Shown: positions 19,480 to 29,012 of the stretch, one piece after another
Layout: the number at the start of each line of letters is the position of its first letter
Numbering within the stretch: position 1 is the stretch's first letter
Assembly: GCA_965221905.1 (NCBI GenBank)
Contig: OZ244922.1
Coordinates: 3,200,001-3,264,000 of the forward strand
Direction: 5' to 3'
Length of the DNA stretch: 64,000 bases
From: Chloroflexota bacterium
GTDB taxonomy: Bacteria; Chloroflexota; UBA11872; VXOZ01
Position numbers and translations under genes: made by a program
The notes under the pieces: generated by a model
What the model was told of the DNA's origin: nothing
Seen by the model: only the letters and a program-made list of their open reading frames with translations
The model's database searches: none

Positions 19480-20928
19480 TCATTGCCGGCGCACAGCGGC
19501 TTCCTCTGTGCCTTCGCGAGCGCCTCCATCATCGCCCTTGCGGCTCGCTCCCTGCGCTTTTCCCAGGGCGAGACGGATAGACTGTCGCACACTCTCAGCG
19601 CGGGAGAGGTCGAGGCCGTCCTCGCCAAGCGATGCAAGCGCGCCGGTGCGCGGCAAGAGCACCCGGTTGTACCCCCGACGCGCCGCCTCCAGGACTCGTT
19701 CTTCCAACTTAAAGACGCTCCGCAGCTCACCTGCCAACCCGACTTCTCCAATCGAGACCATATCACCCGGCAGAGCGACGTCAACGACGCTGGATGCGAT
19801 TGCCAAACAGACTGCGAGGTCTACGGCGGGTTCGTCCAATTCCAGGCCGCCGACCACGTTCACATAGACGTCCTGGTCGGCCAAGCGTAAGCCCGCGCGC
19901 TTGGTGAGCACCGCAATCAGCATGTGCAGGCGGCTCTGATCGAATCCGTTCGCCATGCGTCGCGGTACCGCCAGCGGACTGTACGTCACCAACGCCTGCA
20001 CCTCGACGAGGAGCGGACGAGAACCCTCGAGCGGCACGGCAATGGCAGACCCCGGTAGTGGTTCCCGCTCTGCCAGAAACGCTGCCGAAGGGTTGGAAAC
20101 TTCCGCCAAGCCCCGCTCCTGCATGGCGAATATGCCCACTTCGTTCGTAGACCCAAAGCGATTCTTCGTGGCTTTCAGAATGCGGTAGTTGTGGTGCTGA
20201 TCTCCGTCCAAGGCCAACACCGTATCTACCATGTGCTCCAGCGTCTTCGGCCCGGCCACAGTGCCCTCCTTGGTCACGTGGCCGACCAAGAAAAGCGTGA
20301 CTCCCGTCTGTTTGGCCAGCGCGACCAACTGGGAAGCGCATTCTCGTACCTGTCCGATACTGCCCGGTACCCCCGATAGCTCCGCGCTAACCAGCGTTTG
20401 AATTGAATCGATGATCACCAGGCCGGGACGCACCTGCGCAATTGCATCCAGGATTCCCTCTAGACCAATCTCGGCGAGGACGTAAAGCTCCTGCGGGTCG
20501 AGACCGAGCCGTGACGCGCGAATGCGGATCTGTGCCGCGCTCTCCTCCCCCGACACATAGAGCACAGGCCGGTCGGCGTGCTCCAACGCTACTGCAAACT
20601 GGAGCAAGAGCGTAGACTTTCCGATTCCGGGGTCGCCGGAGAGCAGCACCGCGCTCCCCGGCACTAAGCCGCCGCCCAAGACGCGATGGAGTTCACCGAT
20701 CGGCACCGGAATGCGGATGAGATCGCTGGCAGGAATGTCTTGGAGTTTCCGCGCTTGCAGAGCGGCGGTGGGCGAGCGCACGCCGGAACGCCTTGCACCC
20801 GCGGCTCCCTCCCTCTGCACATTTTCGACAAAGCTATTCCAGGCCTGGCAAGAGGGGCACTGCCCCGCCCATTTCGGGGACTCTGAACCGCACTGCTGAC
20901 AAACGAAAACGCTCTTAGCCTTACTCAC
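19480..20928 (-). CDS. radA: DNA repair protein RadA/Sms
   Basis: C4 zinc finger, GDPGIGKST, KNRFG and Lon-like C-terminus. Confidence 0.97.
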   Translation of the reverse strand: MSKAKSVFVCQQCGSESPKWAGQCPSCQAWNSFVENVQREGAAGARRSGVRSPTAALQARKLQDIPASDLIRIPVPIGELHRVLGGGLVPGSAVLLSGDPGIGKSTLLLQFAVALEHADRPVLYVSGEESAAQIRIRASRLGLDPQELYVLAEIGLEGILDAIAQVRPGLVIIDSIQTLVSAELSGVPGSIGQVRECASQLVALAKQTGVTLFLVGHVTKEGTVAGPKTLEHMVDTVLALDGDQHHNYRILKATKNRFGSTNEVGIFAMQERGLAEVSNPSAAFLAEREPLPGSAIAVPLEGSRPLLVEVQALVTYSPLAVPRRMANGFDQSRLHMLIAVLTKRAGLRLADQDVYVNVVGGLELDEPAVDLAVCLAIASSVVDVALPGDMVSIGEVGLAGELRSVFKLEERVLEAARRGYNRVLLPRTGALASLGEDGLDLSRAESVRQSIRLALGKAQGASRKGDDGGAREGTEEAAVRRQ

Positions 20929-21035
20929 GAGCGACCCTCTCCGTGGCGGTTCTGTCCTGCTCTTATCGAACCTGCGCGTTCCATTCAGGGCCTACACGTG
21001 TATTGTATAGCGAATGCGCTGCCGGCACTCCCAGC

Positions 21036-21249
21036 GGACACCTTTGCGAAATCCTCGCCGAGGCCAGAGAGACCCCTCTCCAAATGGAGAACTTTGCGAA
21101 ACCCCTTCCACCGTGACGGGGGAAGGCTGGGATGGGAGTGCAAGACAGCTTCGCGGCAAGCTATCGCACACAACCCACTCACCTCTGGATACCGGTACGT
21201 GATACAGGGCAGGCATTTCGCCGCAATGACGGCGTTATTCAAAGTCTCC
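21036..21249. mobile_element. Second, degenerate MITE-like element related to 960-1196
   Basis: GGACACCTTTGCGAAATCCTCGCCGAGG..CCCCTCTCC start, internal GGAGAACTTTGCG, end CAAAGTCTCC. Confidence 0.45.
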
Positions 21250-21321
21250 AGCGGTAGAAACGCAAACAGCCCAGCAATTTGCCGGGCCGTTCTTCATCGA
21301 ACATAAATCGAATTCTTCGAT

Positions 21322-23787
21322 CTACGCCTGCTCCACCAACATGCGCACTTCCAAGCGCAATACCTCACCGTCACGGTCTACCGTAATGATATCCCCCGCG
21401 TGGAAATTCTCCGCCAGCAGGCCTTCTGCGAGCTCATTCTCAATCAAGTTTTGGATTACGCGCCGCAGGGGTCGCGCGCCATTATCGGGATCATAGCCTT
21501 GTTCTACCAACAATTCTTTGGCATCGCCGGTGACTTCCAGCGTAATCTCATGCTCGGTGAGGCGTGCCTGCACCTCAGCCAGTTGAATGTCTACGATACT
21601 TATGATGTCTTCTTTTAACAAGTGGCGGAAAACTACCACGCTGTCCACGCGATTCAGGAACTCAGGACGGAACGTCTTCTTGATCTCCGCCATCACGCGT
21701 TCCCGCATTTCCTTGTAAAACTGCCCCTCAGTGCGGAGATCTTCGGACTCCAACCTGAAGCCAATCGCGGCGTCACGCTTAATCAGGTGCGCGCCAACAT
21801 TCGAAGTCATGATGAGGATCGTGTTTCTGAAATCTACCGTGCGGCCCCTGCCGTCGGTTAGCCGCCCGTCTTCCATGATTTGGAGCAGCACGTTGAAGAC
21901 ATCCGGGTGGGCCTTTTCGATCTCGTCCAGGAGCACTACCGAGTAACTGCGCCGCCGCACCGCTTCGGTGAGTTGGCCGCCCTCTTCATAGCCCACGTAG
22001 CCGGGCGGAGCGCCGACCAATCGGGATATCGTATGCTTCTCCATATACTCCGACATATCAAGCCGGACCATGGCGTCGCTGCTGCCAAACATAAACTCTG
22101 CCAGTGCCCGCGCAAGGTACGTCTTGCCGGACCCCGTGGGCCCGACGAAGATGAAAGAGCCTATGGGTCGCTTCGGGTCCTTGAGACCGGCACGCGCGCG
22201 TCGCACCGCCTTGGATACGTTGCTGATGGCCTCTTCCTGGCTGACCACACTTCGGTGTAAGTTCTCCTCCATGTGGAGCAGTCGTTCAGATTCCTCTTGG
22301 GCGATGCGGGTCACCGGGATGCCCGTCCACATGGAGACCACGGTCGCCACGTCTTCTTTCGTGACATTCGGCCACTTCTCTTCTTCGTTCGGCCAGTCCG
22401 ATTCGAGGTCTTCGATCTTCTTGCGCAATTCCGATTCTTTCTCGCCGAGTCCAACCGCCTCGTCATACTGGCGGCTCTCGATGGCGTCTTCTTTCTCGCG
22501 CACGATCCCGTCGAGGTCCTTCACCGCGTTGCGCAGCGCATTGGAGGTGTTTGCCTGCTGGATACGAACGCGTGAAGCCGCTTCATCGATCAAGTCGATT
22601 GCCTTATCAGGCAAGAAGCGATCGGTCACGTAGCGACCCGACATCTCCGCAGCCACTTTAACGGCTTCATCGGTAATATGCGCCTTATGGTGCTCCTCAT
22701 AGCGTTCTTTGACGCCCTGAAGCACCGCAATGGTCTCCTCAATGTCAAGTTCCCGTACGTGCACAGGTTGGAAGCGACGCTCTAGCGCAGCGTCACGCTC
22801 GATATACTTGCGGTATTCGTCCAGCGTGGTGGCGCCGATGCATTGCAATTCTCCCCGCGCCAAGGTGGGTTTGAGGATATTGGCGGCGTCCACCGCACCT
22901 TCCGCTGCGCCGGCTCCCACAAGCGTATGCAGCTCATCGATAAAGAGCATGCAATCGCCAGAGCCACGGATCTCCTCGAGAATCTTCTTAAGCCGCTCTT
23001 CGAACTCGCCGCGATACTTCGTACCGGCCACCAATGCGCCGATATCCAAAGTAAGCAGCCGCTTTCCAAGCAAGGTTTCCGGCACGTCGCCGGCAATGAC
23101 CCGCTGCGCCAGCCCTTCCACGATTGCCGTTTTGCCGACGCCCGGTTCTCCGATAAGGGCCGGATTGTTCTTGGTGCGGCGCGAAAGTATCTGCACCACA
23201 CGCTCGATTTCCTGCTCGCGACCAATAACCGGATCAAGCTTATCCCCACGCGCCGCGGCCGTGAGATCAATGCCCATCTGGTCGATCAATGGGGTGCGTG
23301 AGGTTGATTGGCGTCCGCTACTATCCTGGGTGAGGCGTGAAGGTTGCTGGCTCACCGATTGGATGACCTTCTGCCGCACTTTTTCCAGGCTCACGCCCAG
23401 GCTTTCCAGGACGCCGGCCGCAATCCCTTCACCCTCTCGAACCAGGCCGAGCAGCAGGTGCTCGGTGCCAATGTAGTTATGTCCCAGCCGACGCGCTTCC
23501 TCAACCGCAAGCTCAATGACCTTCTTCGCGCGGGGTGTCAGGCTGATCTCACCAACGTTGACGCGCTCTCCCCGACCGATGATGAACTCCACGGCGCTGC
23601 GCACCTTGGTAATGTCCACACCCATGTCGTAGAGGACTTTTGCCGCTATTCCCTCGCCCTCGCGCACAAGGCCCAACAACAGGTGCTCGGTGCCAATGTA
23701 GTTATGGTTGAAGCGGTTTGCTTCTTCCCGAGCAAGCATGAGAACTTGCTTCGCCCGTTCCGTATACTTGTCGTAGAGAGGACTCAC
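21322..23787 (-). CDS. clpC: ATP-dependent Clp protease ATP-binding subunit ClpC
   Basis: Two Clp-N repeats, [11 protein letters not shown] middle domain, [11 protein letters not shown] ClpP-docking loop. Confidence 0.97.
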   Translation of the reverse strand: MSPLYDKYTERAKQVLMLAREEANRFNHNYIGTEHLLLGLVREGEGIAAKVLYDMGVDITKVRSAVEFIIGRGERVNVGEISLTPRAKKVIELAVEEARRLGHNYIGTEHLLLGLVREGEGIAAGVLESLGVSLEKVRQKVIQSVSQQPSRLTQDSSGRQSTSRTPLIDQMGIDLTAAARGDKLDPVIGREQEIERVVQILSRRTKNNPALIGEPGVGKTAIVEGLAQRVIAGDVPETLLGKRLLTLDIGALVAGTKYRGEFEERLKKILEEIRGSGDCMLFIDELHTLVGAGAAEGAVDAANILKPTLARGELQCIGATTLDEYRKYIERDAALERRFQPVHVRELDIEETIAVLQGVKERYEEHHKAHITDEAVKVAAEMSGRYVTDRFLPDKAIDLIDEAASRVRIQQANTSNALRNAVKDLDGIVREKEDAIESRQYDEAVGLGEKESELRKKIEDLESDWPNEEEKWPNVTKEDVATVVSMWTGIPVTRIAQEESERLLHMEENLHRSVVSQEEAISNVSKAVRRARAGLKDPKRPIGSFIFVGPTGSGKTYLARALAEFMFGSSDAMVRLDMSEYMEKHTISRLVGAPPGYVGYEEGGQLTEAVRRRSYSVVLLDEIEKAHPDVFNVLLQIMEDGRLTDGRGRTVDFRNTILIMTSNVGAHLIKRDAAIGFRLESEDLRTEGQFYKEMRERVMAEIKKTFRPEFLNRVDSVVVFRHLLKEDIISIVDIQLAEVQARLTEHEITLEVTGDAKELLVEQGYDPDNGARPLRRVIQNLIENELAEGLLAENFHAGDIITVDRDGEVLRLEVRMLVEQA

Positions 23788-23789
23788 AA

Positions 23790-24461
23790 CTACTCTCCTT
23801 GGCTCACCGCTTGTCTAACCTGTTGCCGCATTCTTTGCAGATTCATGCCCACACCTTGCAAGATACTCGCTGCAATACCCTCACCCTCGCGCACGAGGCC
23901 AAGGAGCAAGTGCCCGGTGCCAACGTTGGCGTGTCCCAGCCGACGCGCCTCTTCAGCCGCAAGCTCAAGTGCCTTCCGAGCGCCCGGTGTGAAGCCGATC
24001 TTGTCGCCTTCAACATGCTCCCCTCGTATAACCGCAAGCACCACGCTGCGCACTTTGGAGAGGTCCACTCCCAGGCTTTCCAAGATGCCTACCGCAATTC
24101 CATCACCTTCACCGACCAGGCCGAGCAGAAAATGCTCCGTGTCAATATGCTCGTGACCCAACCGACGGGCCTCCTCAACTGCCAGCTCGATGACCTTCTT
24201 TGCGCGCGGTGTCAGGCTGATGTCCCCTGCCTCCGCGCCCTCGCCCCGACCAATGATAAACTCCACCGCACTGCGCGTCTTGGTGAGATCCACACCCATT
24301 TCGTGGAGGATTTTTGCCGCTATGCCCTCACCTTCGCGCACAAGCCCAAGCAGCAAGTGCTCGGTGCCGATGTAATTGTGGTCGAACCGACCAGCCTCTT
24401 CCCGGGCAAGCATGAGAACCCGCTTTGCTCGTTCCGTAATCTTGTCGAACGGGGGACTCAC
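23790..24461 (-). CDS. Stand-alone Clp N-terminal-domain protein with three Clp repeats
   Basis: Three [17 protein letters not shown]-type repeats nearly identical to the ClpC N-domain; no ATPase; GTG start VSPPFDK parallels clpC start. Confidence 0.88.
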   Translation of the reverse strand: MSPPFDKITERAKRVLMLAREEAGRFDHNYIGTEHLLLGLVREGEGIAAKILHEMGVDLTKTRSAVEFIIGRGEGAEAGDISLTPRAKKVIELAVEEARRLGHEHIDTEHFLLGLVGEGDGIAVGILESLGVDLSKVRSVVLAVIRGEHVEGDKIGFTPGARKALELAAEEARRLGHANVGTGHLLLGLVREGEGIAASILQGVGMNLQRMRQQVRQAVSQGE

Positions 24462-24543
24462 GACAATTCTCCTCGGATCCACTGTCGCAGGCTACGGTAC
24501 ACGCTTCACGGCTTCGCGTCCGATCAGAAGGGCGGCCTGCCCG

Positions 24544-25746
24544 CTAGCTCTCCAAGTCTCCTTGCTCATCTTCAGATTCGACTTGCGCTGTATCTTCCTC
24601 CACTCCTGCTTGGTCCATCGCGGTAGCCAGCTTCTCTTCTAGGTCAATAGGAGACAACCGCATCCGGTGACGCTGGGGATCGGCACTGAGTACCCGGAAT
24701 GTGAGCTCTTGCCCTTCTTCCAGAAAATCACGGCCTTCCGGAGACATCTCGGAATTGTGCGCCAATCCCTCGACACCGTCTTCGACACGCACGAACGCGC
24801 CAAACGGTGCTATCTTTATGACAACCCCAGGCACCTCTCTGCCCACCGGATACCGCTCCTCAATTCCTTCCCAAGGATCCTTCTGCGTGCGCTTGATGGA
24901 AAGACCGATCTTCTTGCTCTCGTGATCCAAGCTAAGGACACAGACCTCCACTCGTTCACCGACTCCCAGCACCTCACTTGGGTCTTCCACCCGGCTCCAG
25001 GAGATTTCAGAAATGTGGACCAAGCCGTCTGCGCCTCCCAAGTCCACGAAAGCGCCGAAGCTGCAGAGGTTACTGACTACGCCTTCCCGTGTCTGCCCAA
25101 CTTCAAGCTCTGTAAGCAACTGCTCCCGTTGGTGAGCACGCATCTCACGCTCTGCTAGGCGCTCAGAAAGGATCAGCCGATTGCGGCGGCGGTCTACTTC
25201 GATGATTTTCAACTTTAGCGACCGGCCGATTAGCTCGGAGAGGCGGGCCAGCAGGTCTTCTTCGCTCGCGTCGCGGTTCGGCGGCCGTTCCAGCGAAACG
25301 AGTTGGGAACTTGGCACGAACCCACGCAGCCCGATATCCACGATGACGCCGCCTTTATTGGCGTCGATAACGGACGTCTCAAGGATTTCGCCGTTGTTGT
25401 AGCGCTCTTCGATCTCTCGCCAGGAGCGCTCTGCCATTGCCCGCCGAATGGAAAGCAACGCATGTCCTTCAGCAGTCTCCGGGTTGACGACGTACACCAG
25501 CACCTTCTCACCAATGCTCATATCGACCGCTTCGTCCATCCGTGCTAGTTCCCTGCCGGAGACGATACCTTCTGCCTTGAGACCGATATCCACCATGATT
25601 TCGTCCGCGGCAGCCTGCACCACGACGCCCTCAACCACGTCGCCGCGCCGTACCGTGCGAATGGAGCTCTCAATTGCCCCCATCAGGGACTCCATCGTCA
25701 TTGGCTCTTCAGTCGTTGGTAATTCTTGCGTTAGTGATTCTTGCAC
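24544..25746 (-). CDS. rpsA: 30S ribosomal protein S1 (4 S1 domains)
   Basis: VDIGLKAEG, NKGG...RGFVPSSQ, FGAFVDLGGADGLVHISEISW and FGAFV...EGLAH motifs. Confidence 0.92.
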   Translation of the reverse strand: MQESLTQELPTTEEPMTMESLMGAIESSIRTVRRGDVVEGVVVQAAADEIMVDIGLKAEGIVSGRELARMDEAVDMSIGEKVLVYVVNPETAEGHALLSIRRAMAERSWREIEERYNNGEILETSVIDANKGGVIVDIGLRGFVPSSQLVSLERPPNRDASEEDLLARLSELIGRSLKLKIIEVDRRRNRLILSERLAEREMRAHQREQLLTELEVGQTREGVVSNLCSFGAFVDLGGADGLVHISEISWSRVEDPSEVLGVGERVEVCVLSLDHESKKIGLSIKRTQKDPWEGIEERYPVGREVPGVVIKIAPFGAFVRVEDGVEGLAHNSEMSPEGRDFLEEGQELTFRVLSADPQRHRMRLSPIDLEEKLATAMDQAGVEEDTAQVESEDEQGDLES

Positions 25747-25937
25747 TGGCTACCCTTAACCTTTTCACGCGTTACCTTATCCCACATAGCCACAATCCGG
25801 CTCATACAGTCTGTGTGGCCTGGCACCATTATAGTCACTGTCAGCCGCAAAAGTAAAGAACGGCGCGCCCGCCTATCCGCGCCCATCGCCCTTCTGGTAT
25901 GCTGAGAATAGACAGCCGCTACCGAGGAGAACTGCAC

Positions 25938-26264
25938 ATGTCAATGAAGATGCTGCGGCAGATGCAGCAAAAGATGACGAAAATTCAGGAAGAACTAGGT
26001 CATGAGACGGTTGAGAGCACCGCGGGCGGCGGGGCAGTGAAGGTCGTGATGACCGGCCATCAAAAAGTTTACGCTATCGAGATCCTTCCCGATGTGCTCG
26101 AGTCTGCCGTTACGCCGGAGGGCGAGGTAGACGAAGAGGTCGTGGTCATGTTGCAGGACCTGCTGGTCGCCGCTGTCAATGACGCCGTGAACAAGTCGCA
26201 AGAGCTTGCCAACCGTCGGCTTTCGGCAGTTACTGGCGGCATGAATATCCCCGGTCTTACCTAG
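25938..26264 (+). CDS. ybaB: YbaB/EbfC nucleoid-associated protein
   Basis: AGGGAVKV and MLQDLLVAAVNDA motifs; directly upstream of recR. Confidence 0.93.
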   Translation: MSMKMLRQMQQKMTKIQEELGHETVESTAGGGAVKVVMTGHQKVYAIEILPDVLESAVTPEGEVDEEVVVMLQDLLVAAVNDAVNKSQELANRRLSAVTGGMNIPGLT

Positions 26265-26301
26265 TCCCACCGTAATTCTCACCCAAGGAGTCAGCCTAGC
26301 G

Positions 26302-26910
26302 ATGGCACGGATGAGCCTGCCCGCACCAGTAGCGCGGCTCATCGAGGAGCTATCCAGACTGCCCGGCATCGGCCCACGCACGGCGCAACGACTCGCGTTC
26401 TACCTCCTGCGCTCGTCACCGGACCTTGCCCGCAACCTCTCTACGGCTCTCGTAAACCTGCGTGACCAGACGGTATGGTGCTCTCGCTGCTTTAACCTTA
26501 GCGAGCGCGATCCTTGCCCTATCTGTCAGGACCCGGACCGCGAACAAGACCGAATCTGCGTCGTTGAGGAACCGCTCGATCTCCTGGCAATCGAACGCAC
26601 CGGCCTCTATGCCGGTCTCTACCACGTTCTCCATGGTTCACTCTCGCCGTTGGAAGGCCGCAATGTGGAAGACGTGAAGATTGCCGAACTCATCGAGCGG
26701 CTGCGGGCGCATCCGGTGGAGGAGTTGATCCTCGCGATGGACGCCGACCATGAGGGCGATACCACCGCAAGCTATGTGGCACAGGTTTCCGCCTCTTTCG
26801 CTACGCGCATTACACGCCTCGCGCGCGGCCTGCCGACCGGTGCAGACCTGGAATATGCTGACGAGAGCACCATTGCCAGCGCCTTGCAAGGGCGACAGGA
26901 CAGCACGTAA
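26302..26910 (+). CDS. recR: Recombination mediator RecR
   Basis: LPGIGPRTAQRLA, C4 zinc finger, YHVLHG, TOPRIM and LEYADE motifs. Confidence 0.97.
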   Translation: MARMSLPAPVARLIEELSRLPGIGPRTAQRLAFYLLRSSPDLARNLSTALVNLRDQTVWCSRCFNLSERDPCPICQDPDREQDRICVVEEPLDLLAIERTGLYAGLYHVLHGSLSPLEGRNVEDVKIAELIERLRAHPVEELILAMDADHEGDTTASYVAQVSASFATRITRLARGLPTGADLEYADESTIASALQGRQDST

Positions 26911-26913
26911 CCC

Positions 26914-27702
26914 ATGCCCCGCCGCGATCCGAACCGCGTTTGGGAGCTTTTACGCCGCTACCGGGCGCTTGCCACTCGTTTCCCCCGATTTGCCTTGACC
27001 GAAATTGGCGCAGTGGAGCGATTTGGCCTCCGTTTTCCAATATTCGCCGGCACGGTAGGGCACGGCCCTCGGAGCGCCATCATCCTCGCCGGCACCCACG
27101 GCGATGAGATTGCCGGACCGCTTGCACTCCTTGAATTCTGGGAGAATGAAGCCAATCATGCCCTCACGCAGCACATCCGCTTCACCTTCTTGCCCCTCAT
27201 AAACCCCATCGGCTTTGCGCGGGGTATACGCGGCAACGGTGTGGTAGACCTCAACCGCCACTTCCAACGGCCCACGGCCCAACCCGAAAACGAAATCGTG
27301 CTGGGTTTCTTCCGCCGGCGGCAAGCAGAGCTTCTTATCTCCCTGCATGAAGACGTGTCCGCACAATGCTTCTACATGTATGAGAGCGGAGTTAGAGACC
27401 GGGCGCTGTTTGCGCAGATCGTCGCCGATGACGTCGCCCTGCTGGATGCATTGGAGTCGCAGGGGCACGCCGTGTGCGCGGGCGACCACGTGGACGGTAA
27501 CTACAATCGCAGCGGGCTCGTGGTGTCCAACCCCGGAACCGCCCGCGCCAGCCGCTCCGGCGCTCTGGAACCGACGCTCCGGCGGCACGGCGTCATTCAG
27601 CGTGTGGTGGGATTTGAGACACCGGGTCTGCTCCCTCTCACCGAACGTATCCGGCAACAGCAGATTGCGCTTCACCACGTGCTGCAGTCGTTCTTGGTGT
27701 AG
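26914..27702 (+). CDS. M14-like zinc peptidase (succinylglutamate desuccinylase/MpaA-like)
   Basis: GTHGDE, NPIG, DLNR, SLHED and FETP motifs. Confidence 0.82.
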   Translation: MPRRDPNRVWELLRRYRALATRFPRFALTEIGAVERFGLRFPIFAGTVGHGPRSAIILAGTHGDEIAGPLALLEFWENEANHALTQHIRFTFLPLINPIGFARGIRGNGVVDLNRHFQRPTAQPENEIVLGFFRRRQAELLISLHEDVSAQCFYMYESGVRDRALFAQIVADDVALLDALESQGHAVCAGDHVDGNYNRSGLVVSNPGTARASRSGALEPTLRRHGVIQRVVGFETPGLLPLTERIRQQQIALHHVLQSFLV

Positions 27703-27740
27703 ACCGCTTAATTGCTGATCCCGCCCCGGCAGCAGGTCCT

Positions 27741-27981
27741 GCTCGTCCCGGGAATTGGGTGAGAAAGTCTATGGCGCGTAGTAGGGCAATTGTGCGTTCG
27801 GGGACTGCAATACTGAGGAAGTCGCCCACACGGTGCCGCGAAAGTGGGGGTTCGTCAAAATCCCGGCAGCAGCGCAGGGCATTTGCTGCAGTAGCAGGGC
27901 ACTTGCTGCGGCAGCATAGCAAGTGCTGCAGTAATCGGAATGCTTCGCCGCTACCCAATTCGTTTGATATCCGGGCGAAGC
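27741..27981 (+). ncRNA. Candidate structured non-coding RNA of unknown family
   Basis: Long-range pairing GAATTGGGT/ACCCAATTC and CCCGG/CCGGG, a GAAA tetraloop hairpin, three tandem GCAGCA..TGCTGC-type hairpins; no credible ORF. Confidence 0.35.
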
Positions 27982-27996
27982 TCGGTAGCTATGTTT

Positions 27997-28025
27997 AAAC
28001 AAAGAAGCGCCCTTCAAGGCGCTTC
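27997..28025 (-). terminator. Rho-independent terminator for tRNA-Cys
   Basis: GAAGCGCC/GGCGCTTC hairpin followed by TTTGTTT on the minus strand. Confidence 0.65.
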
Positions 28026-28065
28026 CGGGCACGGTTCAGGGTATCTGTGCGCTAGCAATCATTGC

Positions 28066-28140
28066 TGGAGGCGACGAGCGGAATCGAACCGCTGTATAAG
28101 GGTTTTGCAGACCCTCGCCTTACCACTTGGCTACGTCGCC
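28066..28140 (-). tRNA. tRNA-Cys(GCA)
   Basis: GGCGACG acceptor stem, AGGGT-CTGCAAA-ACCCT anticodon arm, GGTTCGATTCC T arm, U discriminator and encoded CCA. Confidence 0.97.
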
Positions 28141-28256
28141 GCTCTGGAATCGAAGAGAATTTTCGCATCTCTGGCTAGCTTAAAGTATAGCCTTGGGAAT
28201 ACAGCGAGTCAAAAGCAAAAACGTGCTATGCTGCCTGCTGGGGGTAGACACGCATC

Positions 28257-29012
28257 GTGCAAGATTGGTACCAACGACTCCAGTTCGACCGCCTCATAGT
28301 CCTCAGCGCGATTGCCACGGCAGGCGTTCTGCTCACGTTGCGCGCGACCATGCCGCTGCTGGCAATTGCCGTCGTAGTCCTGCTCGGTGTCGTCACTGCG
28401 GCATTACGTCAAGTAGTTTCAGCCCGCGGCGATGACTCCGGTTGGATGGTGGCGCCGCTCTTGCTCACGTTAGCCAGTTCGCTCTTTTGGCGAGCTATTC
28501 CCGACGAACGCGCCACCCTGATTGGAAGCGCGCTGTTCGGCATCTTCTTTCTGTTCACGATCGTGGACTATCACCAGAATCGCTTTGGCCTTGCCACGCG
28601 ATTCGCAACGTGGCCCAATCAAGCAATCGTCTACATCACCCTCTTCATGCTCTTCGCAACACTCAGTTCGTGGGGCCTGCATGTGGCATTGCATTCCGCG
28701 CTTGTCGCGATTACTGCGTTTGCTGCAAGCATATCTATTCTATTCCGCGAGGGCCTGCCACGGGCCGCCACCCAAACGTATAGCTTGTTGATTGCGTTGG
28801 TCGCGGGGGAAGTAACCTGGGCGCTCATCTACTGGCCTCTGCCGATGTTTCAGGAGGCGCTTGCTCTCTTGCTGCACACTCACGTGGTGCTGGGGCTGGC
28901 ACGCGCGCACCATGCCAAGAAACTCGGCTTCGCGGCGGTCTTCGAATTTGGAACCGTGAGCGCCATCACTGCGGCCCTGCTCCTCTGGACGACTCTTAGC
29001 CCGCTAGGCTAA
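28257..29012 (+). CDS. Multi-pass membrane protein (DUF5656-like)
   Basis: About 8-9 TM segments; GEVTWALIYWPL motif. Confidence 0.65.
   Translation: MQDWYQRLQFDRLIVLSAIATAGVLLTLRATMPLLAIAVVVLLGVVTAALRQVVSARGDDSGWMVAPLLLTLASSLFWRAIPDERATLIGSALFGIFFLFTIVDYHQNRFGLATRFATWPNQAIVYITLFMLFATLSSWGLHVALHSALVAITAFAASISILFREGLPRAATQTYSLLIALVAGEVTWALIYWPLPMFQEALALLLHTHVVLGLARAHHAKKLGFAAVFEFGTVSAITAALLLWTTLSPLG

Noticed and set aside
23790-23822. The Clp-N protein ends in ...VRQAVSQGE, superficially like a Pup/UBact conjugation tail
   Set aside because: The Q-G-E codons (CAAGGAGAG) double as the Shine-Dalgarno of clpC, and the preceding residues match ClpC's own QKVIQSVSQ
27741-27981. SRP RNA or RNase P RNA assignment for the structured region
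   Set aside because: Lacks the SRP CAGG..GGAAGGAAGCAG motif and the RNase P GAGGAAAGUCC / ACAGAA..CGGCUUA pair
28066-28140. tRNA-Cys as an integration site
   Set aside because: No integrase and no duplicated tRNA 3' end seen; the same holds for tRNA-Thr
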